Positions 39,021 through 49,752 of a DNA stretch of 64,000 bases are shown one piece after another. The position numbers and the translations under genes were made by a program. The stretch covers positions 140,930 through 204,929 of the forward strand of contig JAPSGB010000005.1 of the NCBI GenBank assembly GCA_035063585.1. Reading direction: 5' to 3'. The notes beneath the pieces are model-generated. The model had not been told where the DNA came from. It did no database searches and worked only from the letters and a program-made list of their open reading frames with translations. Source of the DNA: Polyangiaceae bacterium. GTDB lineage: Bacteria; Myxococcota_A; Polyangia; Polyangiales; Polyangiaceae. Numbering within the stretch: the first letter of the stretch is position 1; each line of letters starts with the position of its first letter.

Positions 39021-40214
39021 TCACCTCGGAAACCGGAACACGACCTTCGGGAAGGTCTGGATCCGTTCTTGGAAGGCGTCGGGCGTGTACGACTCGAAGT
39101 CCACCACCGGGCCGTCTCCGCGGTTCAGCATGACCTCCCAGATGAGGTCGTGGATGTTCGGGTCCCGCGACTCGAGGAGGTGGCGGGTGATGTGCCACGT
39201 CTCCCAGACGCGGCGCCCGATGACGCTGTGCATGGCGATCCCGTCGACGATGACCCGGTCGAAGCTCTCGATGATGGCGTCGCCGCTCTTCAGGCCGAAC
39301 AGGATGACGTCCCCGCCGCGCCGGACGATGTGGATGGCGTTGTTGACCGATGAGTTCATGCCGCTCATCTCGAGCACCACGTCGACCCCGACGCCATCGG
39401 TGAGCTTGCGGACCTCGGCGGCGAGTGCGGGATCGTGCGCGTAGTCCTCCGCGGCGCGCGCGGCCGGGGTCAGCACCACGTCGGCGCCCAGCCGGCGCGC
39501 CATCGCCGCGTTGTTCTGGTTCGGCTCGATGCCGATGATGACCGTCGCGCCGAGCGCTCGCGCGACCGCCACCGCGAAGAGCCCGATGGTTCCGCAGCCG
39601 ACGATCGCGATGCGCTTGCCTCGCAGGTTCACCTTGGTGCATGCGTGCACCGCGTTGCCGAAGGGCTCCTGGACCGCGGCCACCTCAGGACGGATCTTCT
39701 TGGTGTCGGTGCGCCAAATGACCTTCGCGGGGAGCTTCACGTAGTCGGCGAACGCACCGTCCGTGCTGATGCCGATGATGTACTCGTCGGCGCAGACGTG
39801 GGCGTCCCCCACGCGGCACTGGTAGCAAGCCCCGCAGAAGATGTGACTCTCGGCGGTGACCATGTCACCCACCGCGAGGCCATAGGTGCGCTCTGCGTCG
39901 CTCCCGACGGCGATGACCTCGCCGAACACCTCGTGACCGATGACGCGCCGATCGCGGGCCTGACCGGCCTGCTTCGCCTCCTGGTCGAGGGAGTCGAAGA
40001 TCATGTCCTTGAAGGCGCGCCGGAACCAAATCCCGCGGTCCGAGCCGCAGAAGCCCGCGTAGTGCGGGCGGATCAGCACCCGCGAGCGGTCGTTGTGGTC
40101 CTCTCGCTCGTCGAGGGTGACGGCGGGGAGCCTTTCCATGCGGAGCCCGCGGCTCGAGTCCCACGGATCACGTGCGCGATCGTAAACCAGCGCCTGCATC
40201 GAAGCTTCGGTCAT
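39021..40214 (-). CDS. tdh: Zn-dependent L-threonine 3-dehydrogenase
   Basis: CGSD, GHE, structural Zn CGACYQC...C, EPFGNAVH and GCGTIG; adjacent to kbl. Confidence 0.88.
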   Translation of the reverse strand: MTEASMQALVYDRARDPWDSSRGLRMERLPAVTLDEREDHNDRSRVLIRPHYAGFCGSDRGIWFRRAFKDMIFDSLDQEAKQAGQARDRRVIGHEVFGEVIAVGSDAERTYGLAVGDMVTAESHIFCGACYQCRVGDAHVCADEYIIGISTDGAFADYVKLPAKVIWRTDTKKIRPEVAAVQEPFGNAVHACTKVNLRGKRIAIVGCGTIGLFAVAVARALGATVIIGIEPNQNNAAMARRLGADVVLTPAARAAEDYAHDPALAAEVRKLTDGVGVDVVLEMSGMNSSVNNAIHIVRRGGDVILFGLKSGDAIIESFDRVIVDGIAMHSVIGRRVWETWHITRHLLESRDPNIHDLIWEVMLNRGDGPVVDFESYTPDAFQERIQTFPKVVFRFPR

Positions 40215-40288
40215 GGCCGACTCTTACGACGCGGCGCTGGCGCGGTCGAGCGCCGCGAGTGACGCGGCGCAGCAGCAAAATCGACGCC

Positions 40289-40999
40289 TTACTTGGGGGC
40301 GCCGGGCAGCTTGATGCGAGGGGGCAACTTGATGATGGGTTTCGCCGCGCTCGCGGCGCCGCTCGCCGCAGCCGCCGCGGAGTTGGCAGCCGCCGCGGCG
40401 CTCGCCGCAGCCGCCGCGGCGCTCGCCGCAGCCGCCGCGGCGCTCGCCGCTGCGCTGTCGGCGGCTGCGGGGGCCGCGCTGGCGCTGGGCTGTGCCGCCG
40501 CCGCCGCGCTCGCCGCCGCCGCGGCGCTCGCCGCCGCCGCTGCAGCGCTGGTCGCCGCTGCGGCGCTCGCTGCCTCGGCCGCGCTCGCCGTGTGAGTGTA
40601 GTTCGGGTTCCTCTGGATCCAGCCCAGGGACAGCTCCCCGACGCCGGATGGATAATCCACCAGGTACCAGTCGCTGTAGCTTGCCTTGAGGTTGACCCAG
40701 GTCCCCTTGGCCAAGGTCGTGAGCCGCTTCGAGGAGGTGTCGGCCGCTTGGTAGACGCTCAGGTTGGGGATGGCGACCACCTTCGTGCCGCTCTGCTTCA
40801 CTTCCTTGCCCTCGTAGCGCGTGACCGCGTCGTCCGGTTCAGCGGGCGGAGCGGCGCTCACGGGAGGCGCCGGCTCGGGAGCGGCGATGCTCGCGGACGG
40901 TGCCGGCGCTTCTTCCTTCTTCTTGCACGCGACCAGCGCGAGCACCACCGCGCCCGCACTCCCTACCGCCAACCACCTATCGAGCTTCCGTCCCATCAT
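40289..40999 (-). CDS. Lipoprotein with SH3b-like domain and Ala/Ser repeat tail
   Basis: AAAGGAGG RBS; lipobox LVAC; WYLVDY...GWI; S(A)n repeats. Confidence 0.75.
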   Translation of the reverse strand: MMGRKLDRWLAVGSAGAVVLALVACKKKEEAPAPSASIAAPEPAPPVSAAPPAEPDDAVTRYEGKEVKQSGTKVVAIPNLSVYQAADTSSKRLTTLAKGTWVNLKASYSDWYLVDYPSGVGELSLGWIQRNPNYTHTASAAEAASAAAATSAAAAAASAAAAASAAAAAQPSASAAPAAADSAAASAAAAAASAAAAAASAAAAANSAAAAASGAASAAKPIIKLPPRIKLPGAPK

Positions 41000-41166
41000 G
41001 TACCTCCTTTGACTCACTCAAGCGTCCGTTACCCTACACCAGGAGCCTGCCCCTCGGACAGAGCGGACCTCCGCGTCGACTCCGCGGGGAGGGGAGGGGG
41101 CGCGGCGGCGAGGGACGGCCGGCTCGGCCCCGTTCGTTCCGTCTGGGAATTTGCCCTGATCTCTCC

Positions 41167-42477
41167 TCAGCCCTTGGGCGGAGGGGGCGTCGTGACGGCC
41201 GGGCGCTTGGCCAAGCACGACTGGATCCCTTTCACGATGTCCGCCGGGGCTCCCTTCGGCAGGACTGGGCGCCCGAGCACCTCGTGGAGCAGGCGGTCCC
41301 AGGTGATCTTCCCGTCGGGCCCGAAGCTCAGCCACACGAACATCGCGCGCCCCTTGATGTTCGCGAACGGCGCGCCGCCACCGCGGTAGTTGTTCCACGC
41401 GCGCGAGTCACTGCTGTTGTTGCGGTTGTCGCCGAACACCCACATCTCGCCGGGGGCGACGTGATATGGGCCTTGGTGACCGTCGTAGCGATCATTCTCG
41501 TACACCGTCAGATACGAGTAGTCGCCCAGGAACTCCATGACGAGCTGCCCGGTCTTCGAGCCGGCGCCGTCTCCCTCGTAGAAGTCGTACTGACCGACGT
41601 CGCAGCTCGGCACCTTCCACCCGTTGATGATGGGGTGACCACCGTCGGCCTCGAGGGTGTCGCCGGGCAGCCCGATGACGCGCTTGATGAAATCCTGGCG
41701 CGGGTTCTCGGGGTTCGGATCGGGGTATTCGAACACCAGCACGTCGCCCCGCTTTGGAGGCAGGCGCGCGAACAGGCGGGTGTGCGTGAAAGGGATCTCG
41801 GGACCGTAGACGAACTTGTTGACGAAGATGTGATCCTGGATCTGGAGCGTCGGCAGCATCGAGCCGCTCGGGATCTTGAACGCTTCCACCACGAACGCGC
41901 GGAGCAGCAGGGCCACCGCGACCGCGATGCCGATCGACTCGACGTACTCGCGGAGCTCGCTCTTATGCCAGCGCCCGAGGTGGCGCGCCACCAGGCGGCT
42001 CGCGCGCTCGAGCGCGGCGCCAAACTCGTCGTCGTCGAAGCGCTCGCTCTCCATGCTCGACCGCAGGAACTCGAGCGATTCCTCGAGCTCCTCGCGCGCG
42101 CTCGCGGGCACCTGACGCTCGACCGCGCGGCTCTTCCGGGTGAGGATGCGCTCCGCCTCCTCGAGCAGAGCCGCGGCGCGCTCGTACTCTCGCCGGAGGT
42201 CCGGTGGCAGGTCGCTGCGGCCCACCACGCCGGCCGCGGCTGCGAAGGGCAGCGCGTGGCGAAAGTGGTAGAGCAGCATCTCGAAGATCGTAAAGAGCAC
42301 GATCCCGGCGGGCGCGGGCTGGTCCTGCACCAGCCAGCGGAGCTGTCCGACGATGCCGCTCGGCTCGGTGGCATCGGCCGGTTTCAGAAGCCAGACCGCC
42401 AGCGCGGCCAGGGCGAGCGGCGCCGCCACGAACCACACCGCCCAGAAGGCATACCTGAGGAGCTTGCTTCTCTGCAC
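41167..42477 (-). CDS. lepB: Signal peptidase I with long N-terminal extension
   Basis: IPSGSMLPTL, FIKRVIGLPGD and GDNRNNSSDSR motifs. Confidence 0.93.
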   Translation of the reverse strand: MQRSKLLRYAFWAVWFVAAPLALAALAVWLLKPADATEPSGIVGQLRWLVQDQPAPAGIVLFTIFEMLLYHFRHALPFAAAAGVVGRSDLPPDLRREYERAAALLEEAERILTRKSRAVERQVPASAREELEESLEFLRSSMESERFDDDEFGAALERASRLVARHLGRWHKSELREYVESIGIAVAVALLLRAFVVEAFKIPSGSMLPTLQIQDHIFVNKFVYGPEIPFTHTRLFARLPPKRGDVLVFEYPDPNPENPRQDFIKRVIGLPGDTLEADGGHPIINGWKVPSCDVGQYDFYEGDGAGSKTGQLVMEFLGDYSYLTVYENDRYDGHQGPYHVAPGEMWVFGDNRNNSSDSRAWNNYRGGGAPFANIKGRAMFVWLSFGPDGKITWDRLLHEVLGRPVLPKGAPADIVKGIQSCLAKRPAVTTPPPPKG

Positions 42478-42568
42478 TATTCCGGCCTCGCCGGCTCGGG
42501 CGGCGGCTCGTCATACCTGGGCGGGGGTGGACGGGCAACCGACGTGAGCGTCCAATATTCCGCGAGGG

Positions 42569-43654
42569 TCACGGGGCGTCGCCAACCTCTACCAGATAGT
42601 CCACCTTGGCGGCGCGATCATCGCCCGGCGCGGTCGTCGGGGCGATCGCGCCCGCCATCGCGCTGTTGTCGAGCACCAGGTAATAGGCGCCCTTCGGTAC
42701 CCGAACGAACCGCTTCCAGAGCTGTCCGGCCGATGCCGGCTCGGCGATCAGCGCCGGGCCGGCGAGGGGCGCCGCTCCGGCGGTTTGCACGTATCGTGCG
42801 ATCATCTGATCGCCCACCGCCTTCGGCACCACGAAGGCGTCGACGGCTGGCGCGCCGTCGACCGAGACGGTGAGGTAGAGGGCCTGGTCGTCGTCCTCGA
42901 CCTCGAAGCCTCCTACGAAGTCCTGCTGGCCCGCGTGGATCTCGGTGCGGTCGTTGGCGAGGACCAGCTTGTTCGCGTGCTCGATCTGGAACGGCCGGTA
43001 CGGGCGCTCTCCCTTCGGGAGGATCCCGAGGCTGAAATCGGTCTGTCCTCCCGAGTCGTAGCGCACGACGGTGAAGCCACGCTCGAGCTCACTCTTCATG
43101 ACTTGCCTGCCAAAGGTGTCCGGGTTCGCCCCGACGGCTGCGATGCCGCCGCGCGCGACCGCCGACTCCATCATGAGCGTCTGGAAGGTCGTGTCGTCGA
43201 TCTTCTTCGAGCGGAAGTAGACGTACAGGGCGCCGTCATTCATCTGGAAATCGGGAGCGAACTCCACCAGGCCCGCCGCCGAGAAGCCGACGCGGCCGGT
43301 CACGTTCGACCACGCAAAACCCTTGCCGGCGTACTGGACGACGAAGGACTTGTGCGTCTCGGTGTCGATGACCTGGGAGTTGCAACTGTCGGCGAAGAAG
43401 CGCCCGATGACCGGCTGATCGTCATCGAGCTTGAGCGGAGCGCCGAGCTTCAGCATCTCGTGACAGAACTGATCGAGCCCGAACTTCAACATGTCGAACC
43501 GGAGGGTGCGGTTCTTCGGGTTGTTGATGACTCCGGCGCCGACCAGGCCGAGCGCGCTCGAGCCGAGCGACTCCTTGGACGGACAGCCCGCGAGCGCGAG
43601 CCCGAGGAGCGCGACCGACGGCAGGGCCAGGAGAGCGGAGCGGTGGGCGAGCAT
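42569..43654 (-). CDS. Hypothetical lipoprotein
   Basis: Lipobox LAGC; host-like codon usage. Confidence 0.75.
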   Translation of the reverse strand: MLAHRSALLALPSVALLGLALAGCPSKESLGSSALGLVGAGVINNPKNRTLRFDMLKFGLDQFCHEMLKLGAPLKLDDDQPVIGRFFADSCNSQVIDTETHKSFVVQYAGKGFAWSNVTGRVGFSAAGLVEFAPDFQMNDGALYVYFRSKKIDDTTFQTLMMESAVARGGIAAVGANPDTFGRQVMKSELERGFTVVRYDSGGQTDFSLGILPKGERPYRPFQIEHANKLVLANDRTEIHAGQQDFVGGFEVEDDDQALYLTVSVDGAPAVDAFVVPKAVGDQMIARYVQTAGAAPLAGPALIAEPASAGQLWKRFVRVPKGAYYLVLDNSAMAGAIAPTTAPGDDRAAKVDYLVEVGDAP

Positions 43655-43819
43655 CTTCGCGGAGCCTAGATGACCGTGTGCGGTCCCGCCACACCTCTCG
43701 AACGTGCCGGCGTCCGAGGCGGCAAAGCCTTCCCTTCGGGACGAGCGGCTCGAAACGCGCAAGACGCCCGCCCTGGGAGTTGACGCAGAGCGCGTGAGCT
43801 TCGATTCTCCCGCACCGGC

Positions 43820-44824
43820 ATGAGTCATATCGCGGTGATTGGCGCGGGCGCCTGGGGTACGGCGCTCGCCAAGCTGTGCGGTGAGCAAGGGCACCCGGTC
43901 AGCCTCTGGAGCTGGCAGGCGGAACACGCTCGAGCGATCGAGCAGTCGCGAGAGAACGTGGAGTTCCTGCCCGGCTTTCGGCTCCCGGACTCGGTACGCG
44001 CGGTGAGCGAGCTCGGCGCTGCGCTCGCCGACGCCGAGCTCGTGATCCTGGTCGTCCCGTCGCACGCGTTTCGTCAGACGCTCACCTCGGCGCGCGAGGT
44101 CCTTCCGCGCTCGGCGGCGCTGGTCACCGCGACCAAGGGCATCGAGAACGACTCGCTGATGCTGATGAGCGAGATCACGAGTGACGTGCTGGGCCCCGGC
44201 GCGGCGGCGCGCCACGCCGTGCTCTCCGGGCCGAGCTTCGCGAAGGAGGTCGCGCTCGGCCTGCCCACCAACGTGGTGGTGGCCGCGCGGGACCACGGGC
44301 TGGCTCAGCAGATCCAGCGCCTCGTCTCGACGGAGCGGTTTCGCGTGTACTCGAGCGATGACCCGATCGGCGTCGAGGTGGGGGGCGCCCTGAAGAACGT
44401 CATCGCCATCGCGGCGGGCGCGTGCGACGGCCTCGGCTTCGGGTACAACACCCGCGCGGCGCTCATCACGCGCGGTCTCGCCGAGCTCACCCGCCTCGCG
44501 GTCGCCAAGGGCGGTAGCCCGCTCACCCTCTCGGGGCTCTCCGGCATGGGAGATCTGGTCTTGACCTGCACGGGTGAGCTGTCACGAAATCGCACCGTCG
44601 GCTTCGAGATGGGCAAGGGCCGCGCGCTCGACGACGTGCTCGGGGGTCTCGGTCACGTCGCCGAGGGGGTGCTGACCGCTCGGAGCGCGTATCATCTCGC
44701 GCGGCGACTCGAGGTCGAGCTGCCCATCTGCTTCGAGGTCTATCGGGTGCTCTACGAAGGCAAGGCGCCGAAGGACGCGGTGAGCGACGTGCTGGCGCGG
44801 CCGCTGAAGAGGGAGTTTGACTGA
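43820..44824 (+). CDS. gpsA: NAD(P)H-dependent glycerol-3-phosphate dehydrogenase
   Basis: [32 protein letters not shown]...SRN and AEG motifs. Confidence 0.96.
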   Translation: MSHIAVIGAGAWGTALAKLCGEQGHPVSLWSWQAEHARAIEQSRENVEFLPGFRLPDSVRAVSELGAALADAELVILVVPSHAFRQTLTSAREVLPRSAALVTATKGIENDSLMLMSEITSDVLGPGAAARHAVLSGPSFAKEVALGLPTNVVVAARDHGLAQQIQRLVSTERFRVYSSDDPIGVEVGGALKNVIAIAAGACDGLGFGYNTRAALITRGLAELTRLAVAKGGSPLTLSGLSGMGDLVLTCTGELSRNRTVGFEMGKGRALDDVLGGLGHVAEGVLTARSAYHLARRLEVELPICFEVYRVLYEGKAPKDAVSDVLARPLKREFD

Positions 44825-44924
44825 GCGGCGCGGCCGGCGGCCGGGGCGCGTGCGCGAGCGTCCACTCGAGGCTCGTCGAACCACGGGCTCTCTCGACGCC
44901 TCGCTCGGTCCGGATGGGTCCACC

Positions 44925-46112
44925 ATGAGCCCTCTTCGCGAACCTCGCCGCCGCCTCCCGCGCGCCGCGCTGGCCGGAGTCGCCGTCGCGCTCGCGAGCG
45001 GCGTCGCGACGGCGCAACAGCCCGGCTACGGACAGCCCGGCTACGGACAGCCCGGCTACGGACAGCCCGGCTACGGACAGCCCGGCTACGGACAGCCCGG
45101 CTACGGACAGCCCGGCTACGGACAGCCCGGCTACGGACAGCCCGGCTACGCGCCGCCGGCCACGCCGGGCTATCCACCCTACTCGCCTGGCTACGGGTAC
45201 GCGCAGCCCTATCCGTCGCAGCAGCGCTCGAGAGCGCGCTCGGATGGCGAGATCGGCGCGCTCTACGCGGTGTCGGCGGCCTACGGCGGCGGGATGGGGG
45301 CGTGGTTCTCGTCGGAGGTGGGGCTCGACGATCCGGGGCTCTTCCTCATCGCGCCGGCGCTACTCGGCGTCGCCGCGCCGGTGGGAGTGTACTTCCTCGA
45401 CGAGCCGGCGCTGCCGCGGGGGATGCCCGCTGCGATCGCGGCGGGCATGGTGATCGGAGCGGGCGAGGGCGTCGGGATCGCCAGCTATCAGTACGTGACC
45501 GCCAGCGAGGATGACGCGTGGGGTTTCCGCGGGCTCAGCCGCGCGACCGCGCTCGGTGCCACGTTGGGCGGAGCGGCCGGCTTCGCGTCGGGGTACTATC
45601 TCGAGCCGTCGCCGCGGAGCAGCGTGTTCGCGACGAGCGCGGTCGCGTGGGGTGCCGCGATAGGCTCGATGTACGGTTACGGCGCTTCGAGCGCCGGCAT
45701 CGGCTACGGGCTCGCCAACGACAGCGCGTCGCTCGGCGGTCTCGTCGGATATAACCTCGGCCTCGCCGCCGCCGCGGGCCTGTCCACGGTGTGGGTGCCG
45801 AGCTGGGACGGGCTCGCGTGGATGTGGGGAGGCGCGGGCATCGGCGCCGCGGTGTCGCTCCCGGTCTTCCTGTTCTACGCCGGTGAAGACGCGCCGCCGG
45901 CCAAGCGCGGGCTCATCTTCATGGGGACCACCACCGCGCTCGGCCTCGCGGCGGGCGCGGTGTTCGCCCCCGGGTCGGCGGCGGACGGCGCGCTCGGCAG
46001 GCGCGACGAGGACGGCGCGCCGAGCGCGCGCCGGCTGGCTGTCGTGACGAGCGTGATGCCGATGGCGCTGCCCGGCGGCGCCGGGCTCTCGGTCGGCGGG
46101 GTGCTCTTCTGA
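44925..46112 (+). CDS. Gly-rich multi-TM protein with N-terminal QPGYG repeats
   Basis: Signal peptide; (QPGYG)8; many Gly-rich hydrophobic helices. Confidence 0.75.
   Translation: MSPLREPRRRLPRAALAGVAVALASGVATAQQPGYGQPGYGQPGYGQPGYGQPGYGQPGYGQPGYGQPGYGQPGYAPPATPGYPPYSPGYGYAQPYPSQQRSRARSDGEIGALYAVSAAYGGGMGAWFSSEVGLDDPGLFLIAPALLGVAAPVGVYFLDEPALPRGMPAAIAAGMVIGAGEGVGIASYQYVTASEDDAWGFRGLSRATALGATLGGAAGFASGYYLEPSPRSSVFATSAVAWGAAIGSMYGYGASSAGIGYGLANDSASLGGLVGYNLGLAAAAGLSTVWVPSWDGLAWMWGGAGIGAAVSLPVFLFYAGEDAPPAKRGLIFMGTTTALGLAAGAVFAPGSAADGALGRRDEDGAPSARRLAVVTSVMPMALPGGAGLSVGGVLF
45018..45150 (+). repeat. Perfect 15-bp tandem repeat (CAGCCCGGCTACGGA), 8 full copies plus 13 bp
   Basis: Read directly from the sequence. 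Confidence 0.95.
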
Positions 46113-46199
46113 GGCTCGGGGGAGCCCTCGCGAGAGCCTCCCTCCTTGCCGGAAGCTCGCCGATTCCGCAGGGTTCCTTTCTGCTAGGCTGAGGCCCGC

Positions 46200-48044
46200 A
46201 TGGCGACGATCCGCTATTTTCCGTCGGACGGCGCGCCGGTGCTCATCGGCCTCCACAAGCCGATGACGACCATCGGGCGCGGCAGCGGAAATGACATCTG
46301 CCTCCCCGATCCGAGCGTCGCCCAGCACCACGCCCAGATCGTGTTCAACGGGCGCGATTTCCAGCTCGAGGAGGTCGATCGCGACGCCGATATCCGCGTC
46401 AACGGAAAGAAGAAGCGCCGCACTCGGCTGGCGAGCGGGGATCGGCTGACGCTCGGCAACGCTCAGCTCGGCTTCAGCTTGTTCACGGAGCTGCCGGCCG
46501 CCCCCGCGTCGACCGACGGCGCGGATCCCGCGCTCTCGGACATCGCAGGCCTCCGGCGCCTGCATGCGTTCAGCGAGCGGCTGATGACGTCGAGCTCCGT
46601 CGACGGGCTCTTGGAGACGCTCCTCGACGACATCATCGAGCTTACCGGAGCGGCGCGCGGGGTAGTCCTGATGCTCGAGCCGGGCGGCGAGGAGCGGCAG
46701 CCGCGCGTGCGCGCCTCCCGCAACGTGCAGAAGGAGGCCATCGAGGACGCGGGCGGCGTCATCAGCGACAGCATCGTGCGCCAGGTCGTCCTCACCAAGC
46801 GCCCGGTGATCGTGAGCGACGCGCTCACCGACACCACCTTCGGCAAGAGCGAGAGCGTGATCGCGCTCAGGCTATCGAGCGTGATGTGCGCGCCGCTCTT
46901 CAGCCAAGGCGACGTGATCGGCGCGATCTACGTCGGCAACGACGAGGTCAAGCACCTCTTCCAACGACAGCAGCTGGACCTCCTCGTGATCTTCGCGGGC
47001 CAGGCGTCGCTCATCCTCCAGAACGCGATGCTCTTGAGCGCGCTCCGCGCGGACAAGGAGAAGCTGAGCGCCGAGCTCAGCGACAAGCGCTTCGGCGAGA
47101 TCATCGGCGCCTGTCCCGGCATGATGGAGGTGTTCCGCAAGCTGCAGAAGGTCGCCGCGACCGACATCAACGTGCTCATCACGGGCGAGACGGGCACCGG
47201 CAAGGAGCTCATCGCGCGCGAGCTCCACCGCCGCTCGAACCGTGTCTCTGGCCCGTTCATCACCGTCAACTGCGGGGCCATCCCCGAGAGCCTGATGGAG
47301 AGCGAGATGTTCGGGCACGTGAAGGGCGCCTTCACCGGCGCCATCGCCAGCCGCCCCGGAAAATTCCAGCAAGCCGACGGCGGGACGCTCTTCCTCGACG
47401 AGGTCGGTGAGCTCACCCCACAGCTCCAGGTGAAGCTGCTTCGCGCCATCCAGGAGCGGGTCGTCTACCGCGTAGGGGACAGCCGGCCGGAGAAGTGCGA
47501 CATCCGAATCGTGGCGGCGACCAACCGCACGCTCGAGGACATGATCAAGACCGGCGAGTTCCGTGAGGATCTCTACTATCGGCTGAACGTGGTGAACCTC
47601 TGGCTCCCACCGCTGCGCGAGCGAGGCGATGACGTCTTCATCATCGCCAAGGCGCTCCTCAGCAAGTACGCGGACGAGCTCGGCAGCTCGGTGCGCGGGT
47701 TTTCGCCGCAGGCGCTCGCGGCGATCAAGAAGTATCCCTGGCCGGGCAATATCCGGCAGCTCGAGAACCGAATCAAGAAGGCGCTCGTCCTCTGCGACGA
47801 GACGCTGCTCGGGATCGAAGATCTCGATCTCGGCCCGGAGGCGCAAGCGCCCATCGTGCCGCTCGAGAAGGCCAAGGAGGATTTCCAGCGCCGCTACGTG
47901 CTCGAGGTGCTCGAGCGCAACAACGGCAACCGGACGCAGACCGCGCGGGATCTCGGGGTCGACCCTCGAACCATCTTCCGCTACCTCGAAAAGGAGCAGA
48001 ACCCCATCCCGAGCGCAGCCGCGCCGCCCGACCGCGATCCCTGA
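46200..48044 (+). CDS. FHA-GAF-sigma54 enhancer-binding protein
   Basis: FHA (IGRG); GAF; GETGTGKE, GAFTGA, LFLDE, FREDLYYRL and WPGNIRQL; Fis-type HTH. Confidence 0.94.
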   Translation: MATIRYFPSDGAPVLIGLHKPMTTIGRGSGNDICLPDPSVAQHHAQIVFNGRDFQLEEVDRDADIRVNGKKKRRTRLASGDRLTLGNAQLGFSLFTELPAAPASTDGADPALSDIAGLRRLHAFSERLMTSSSVDGLLETLLDDIIELTGAARGVVLMLEPGGEERQPRVRASRNVQKEAIEDAGGVISDSIVRQVVLTKRPVIVSDALTDTTFGKSESVIALRLSSVMCAPLFSQGDVIGAIYVGNDEVKHLFQRQQLDLLVIFAGQASLILQNAMLLSALRADKEKLSAELSDKRFGEIIGACPGMMEVFRKLQKVAATDINVLITGETGTGKELIARELHRRSNRVSGPFITVNCGAIPESLMESEMFGHVKGAFTGAIASRPGKFQQADGGTLFLDEVGELTPQLQVKLLRAIQERVVYRVGDSRPEKCDIRIVAATNRTLEDMIKTGEFREDLYYRLNVVNLWLPPLRERGDDVFIIAKALLSKYADELGSSVRGFSPQALAAIKKYPWPGNIRQLENRIKKALVLCDETLLGIEDLDLGPEAQAPIVPLEKAKEDFQRRYVLEVLERNNGNRTQTARDLGVDPRTIFRYLEKEQNPIPSAAAPPDRDP

Positions 48045-48066
48045 GCCCGGCGCGAACGCCGGGCTC
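48043..48066. terminator. GC-rich hairpin between convergent genes
   Basis: GAGCCCGGCG-CGAA-CGCCGGGCTC; no U-tract. Confidence 0.55.
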
Positions 48067-48082
48067 CGCGCCGGCCCCGGGC

Positions 48083-49711
48083 TCAGACGCTGATCGCGTT
48101 CTTGCGGAACTCGCTCTTGGCGATCTTTACGTTCACGCAGGCGGGCGTCTTGCTGGCGAAGGCCGCGTCGAGGGCCGGGCCGAGCTGCTCGAGCGTCTCG
48201 ACCCAGAAGCCCTGGCCGCCGAGCGCCTCGACGACCTTCTCGTAGCGGGTGTAGTCGAGGCCGGTCGCCACCGCGCGATCCTCTCCGTACATGGTGACCT
48301 GCCCGCGCCGGATCTGCGTCCAGCCGGCGTCGTTGCCGATCACCGCCACGACCGGGATGCCCTGACGGGCCATCGCCTCGAACTCCATGGCGTGCAGCCC
48401 GAACGAGCCGTCGCCGTACATGAGAACGGTGCGCGACTCGGGGCGCATCAGGCCGGCCGCCATGGCGTAGCCCGGGCCGATCCCGAGCGTCCCGAGCGGG
48501 CCGGGGTCCATCCAGAGCTGCGGCCACTCGAGCGGGATGACGTAGGCGGCGGTCGCGACGAAATCGCCGCCATCGCCGATGACCACGTCGCTCTTGCCGA
48601 GCCGTTTCCCGACCTCGTGGCAGACGCGCAAGGGGTTTGGCGGGCTGCCACCGCTCTCGATCTCGGCGGCCATCTTCTGGCGGTGCTTGCTCTCGATCTC
48701 GCGCAGCTTGGCGAGCCACGCGGGGGCCTGCTTGGTCCCGACCGCGTCGAGGAGCTGCTCGAGCACGAGCCCGCTGTCGCCATGGATGGCGACGTCCACC
48801 GCGCGATTCCGACCGAGCTCGGCTCCGTCGAGGTCGACCTGGACGATCTTCACGTCCGGGTTCCAGGTACCCGGGCGACCGTAGTCCACGCGGAAGTCGA
48901 ACGGGGTCCCGAACACGAAGATGACGTCGCTCTCGCCGAGCGCTTGACGGCGCGAGCGCGTGAAGAGCGACGGGTGCGCGTAGGGAAGCCCTCCGCGCGC
49001 CATGCCGTTCAAGAAGAACGGTACCTCGACCTTGTCGGCGAAGTTTCGAATGATCTCCCGGCGCTCGCTCCAACGAATCTGCGCGCCGATGAGGAAGCTC
49101 GGGCGCTCCGCCTTTTTCAGGAGATCGGCGGCGCGGGCGATGCTCGCCGGATCGCCGGCCGGGCGCGGCGGAGCGAGGGGCGCCGTGAGCGGCTCGTCGT
49201 CGTCCGCGTAGTTCATCAAGAGGTCGAGCGGCATCTCGAGGTAGACCGGACCGGGGACCCCCGACTGCGCTATCCGGAACGCGGCGTCGATGTACTCCTT
49301 GATCCGGCGCGCCTCGGGGACCTGCACGCTCCATTTCGAGATGGGGCGCATCAAGGTGACCGAGTCCATGTCCTGCAAGGAGCCCATGTCACAGAGCGCC
49401 TTCGGCCCTGCGCCGCCGATGCAGATCATCGGCACGCCGGCGCGCTGAGCGTTGGCGACCGCGGTGACCACGTCGGTGATCCCGGGGCCGGCGGTGACCA
49501 GGCATACGCCGGGCCGCCCGGTGACGCGCGCGTACCCGTCGGCCGCGTGGCCGCTGGTCTGCTCGTGGCGCGTGTCGACGACCCGAATCTGCTCGTCGAG
49601 GCAGCCGTCGTAGATCGCCTGGATGTGGCCGCCGCACAGGGTGAAGACGTGCGTGATGCCGTGCCGCCGGAGCGCCTGGGCGACGAGGCGCCCGCCATGG
49701 ACCTGAGTCAT
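48083..49711 (-). CDS. TPP-dependent enzyme (acetolactate synthase-like / 2-hydroxyacyl-CoA lyase family)
   Basis: FTLCGGHI, RHE, TAGPG, LGTLGIG and TPP motif GDGSFG...ND. Confidence 0.9.
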   Translation of the reverse strand: MTQVHGGRLVAQALRRHGITHVFTLCGGHIQAIYDGCLDEQIRVVDTRHEQTSGHAADGYARVTGRPGVCLVTAGPGITDVVTAVANAQRAGVPMICIGGAGPKALCDMGSLQDMDSVTLMRPISKWSVQVPEARRIKEYIDAAFRIAQSGVPGPVYLEMPLDLLMNYADDDEPLTAPLAPPRPAGDPASIARAADLLKKAERPSFLIGAQIRWSERREIIRNFADKVEVPFFLNGMARGGLPYAHPSLFTRSRRQALGESDVIFVFGTPFDFRVDYGRPGTWNPDVKIVQVDLDGAELGRNRAVDVAIHGDSGLVLEQLLDAVGTKQAPAWLAKLREIESKHRQKMAAEIESGGSPPNPLRVCHEVGKRLGKSDVVIGDGGDFVATAAYVIPLEWPQLWMDPGPLGTLGIGPGYAMAAGLMRPESRTVLMYGDGSFGLHAMEFEAMARQGIPVVAVIGNDAGWTQIRRGQVTMYGEDRAVATGLDYTRYEKVVEALGGQGFWVETLEQLGPALDAAFASKTPACVNVKIAKSEFRKNAISV

Positions 49712-49752
49712 GGCGCGCACTATACGGCGGAGCGAGCCGCCGCTCAACGCCG

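Noticed and set aside
40360..40590. GCC-rich tandem repeats as a non-coding element
   Set aside because: Explained by the Ser/Ala-rich tail of the SH3-like lipoprotein.
45018..45150. Tandem repeat as a CRISPR array
   Set aside because: Contiguous 15-bp units without spacers, in frame within a CDS.
46872..49334. Long alternative-frame ORFs (for example 820 aa here, 761 aa at 10627-12912, 726 aa at 56296-58476)
   Set aside because: Shadow ORFs expected in GC-rich DNA; they overlap well-supported genes and lack motifs.
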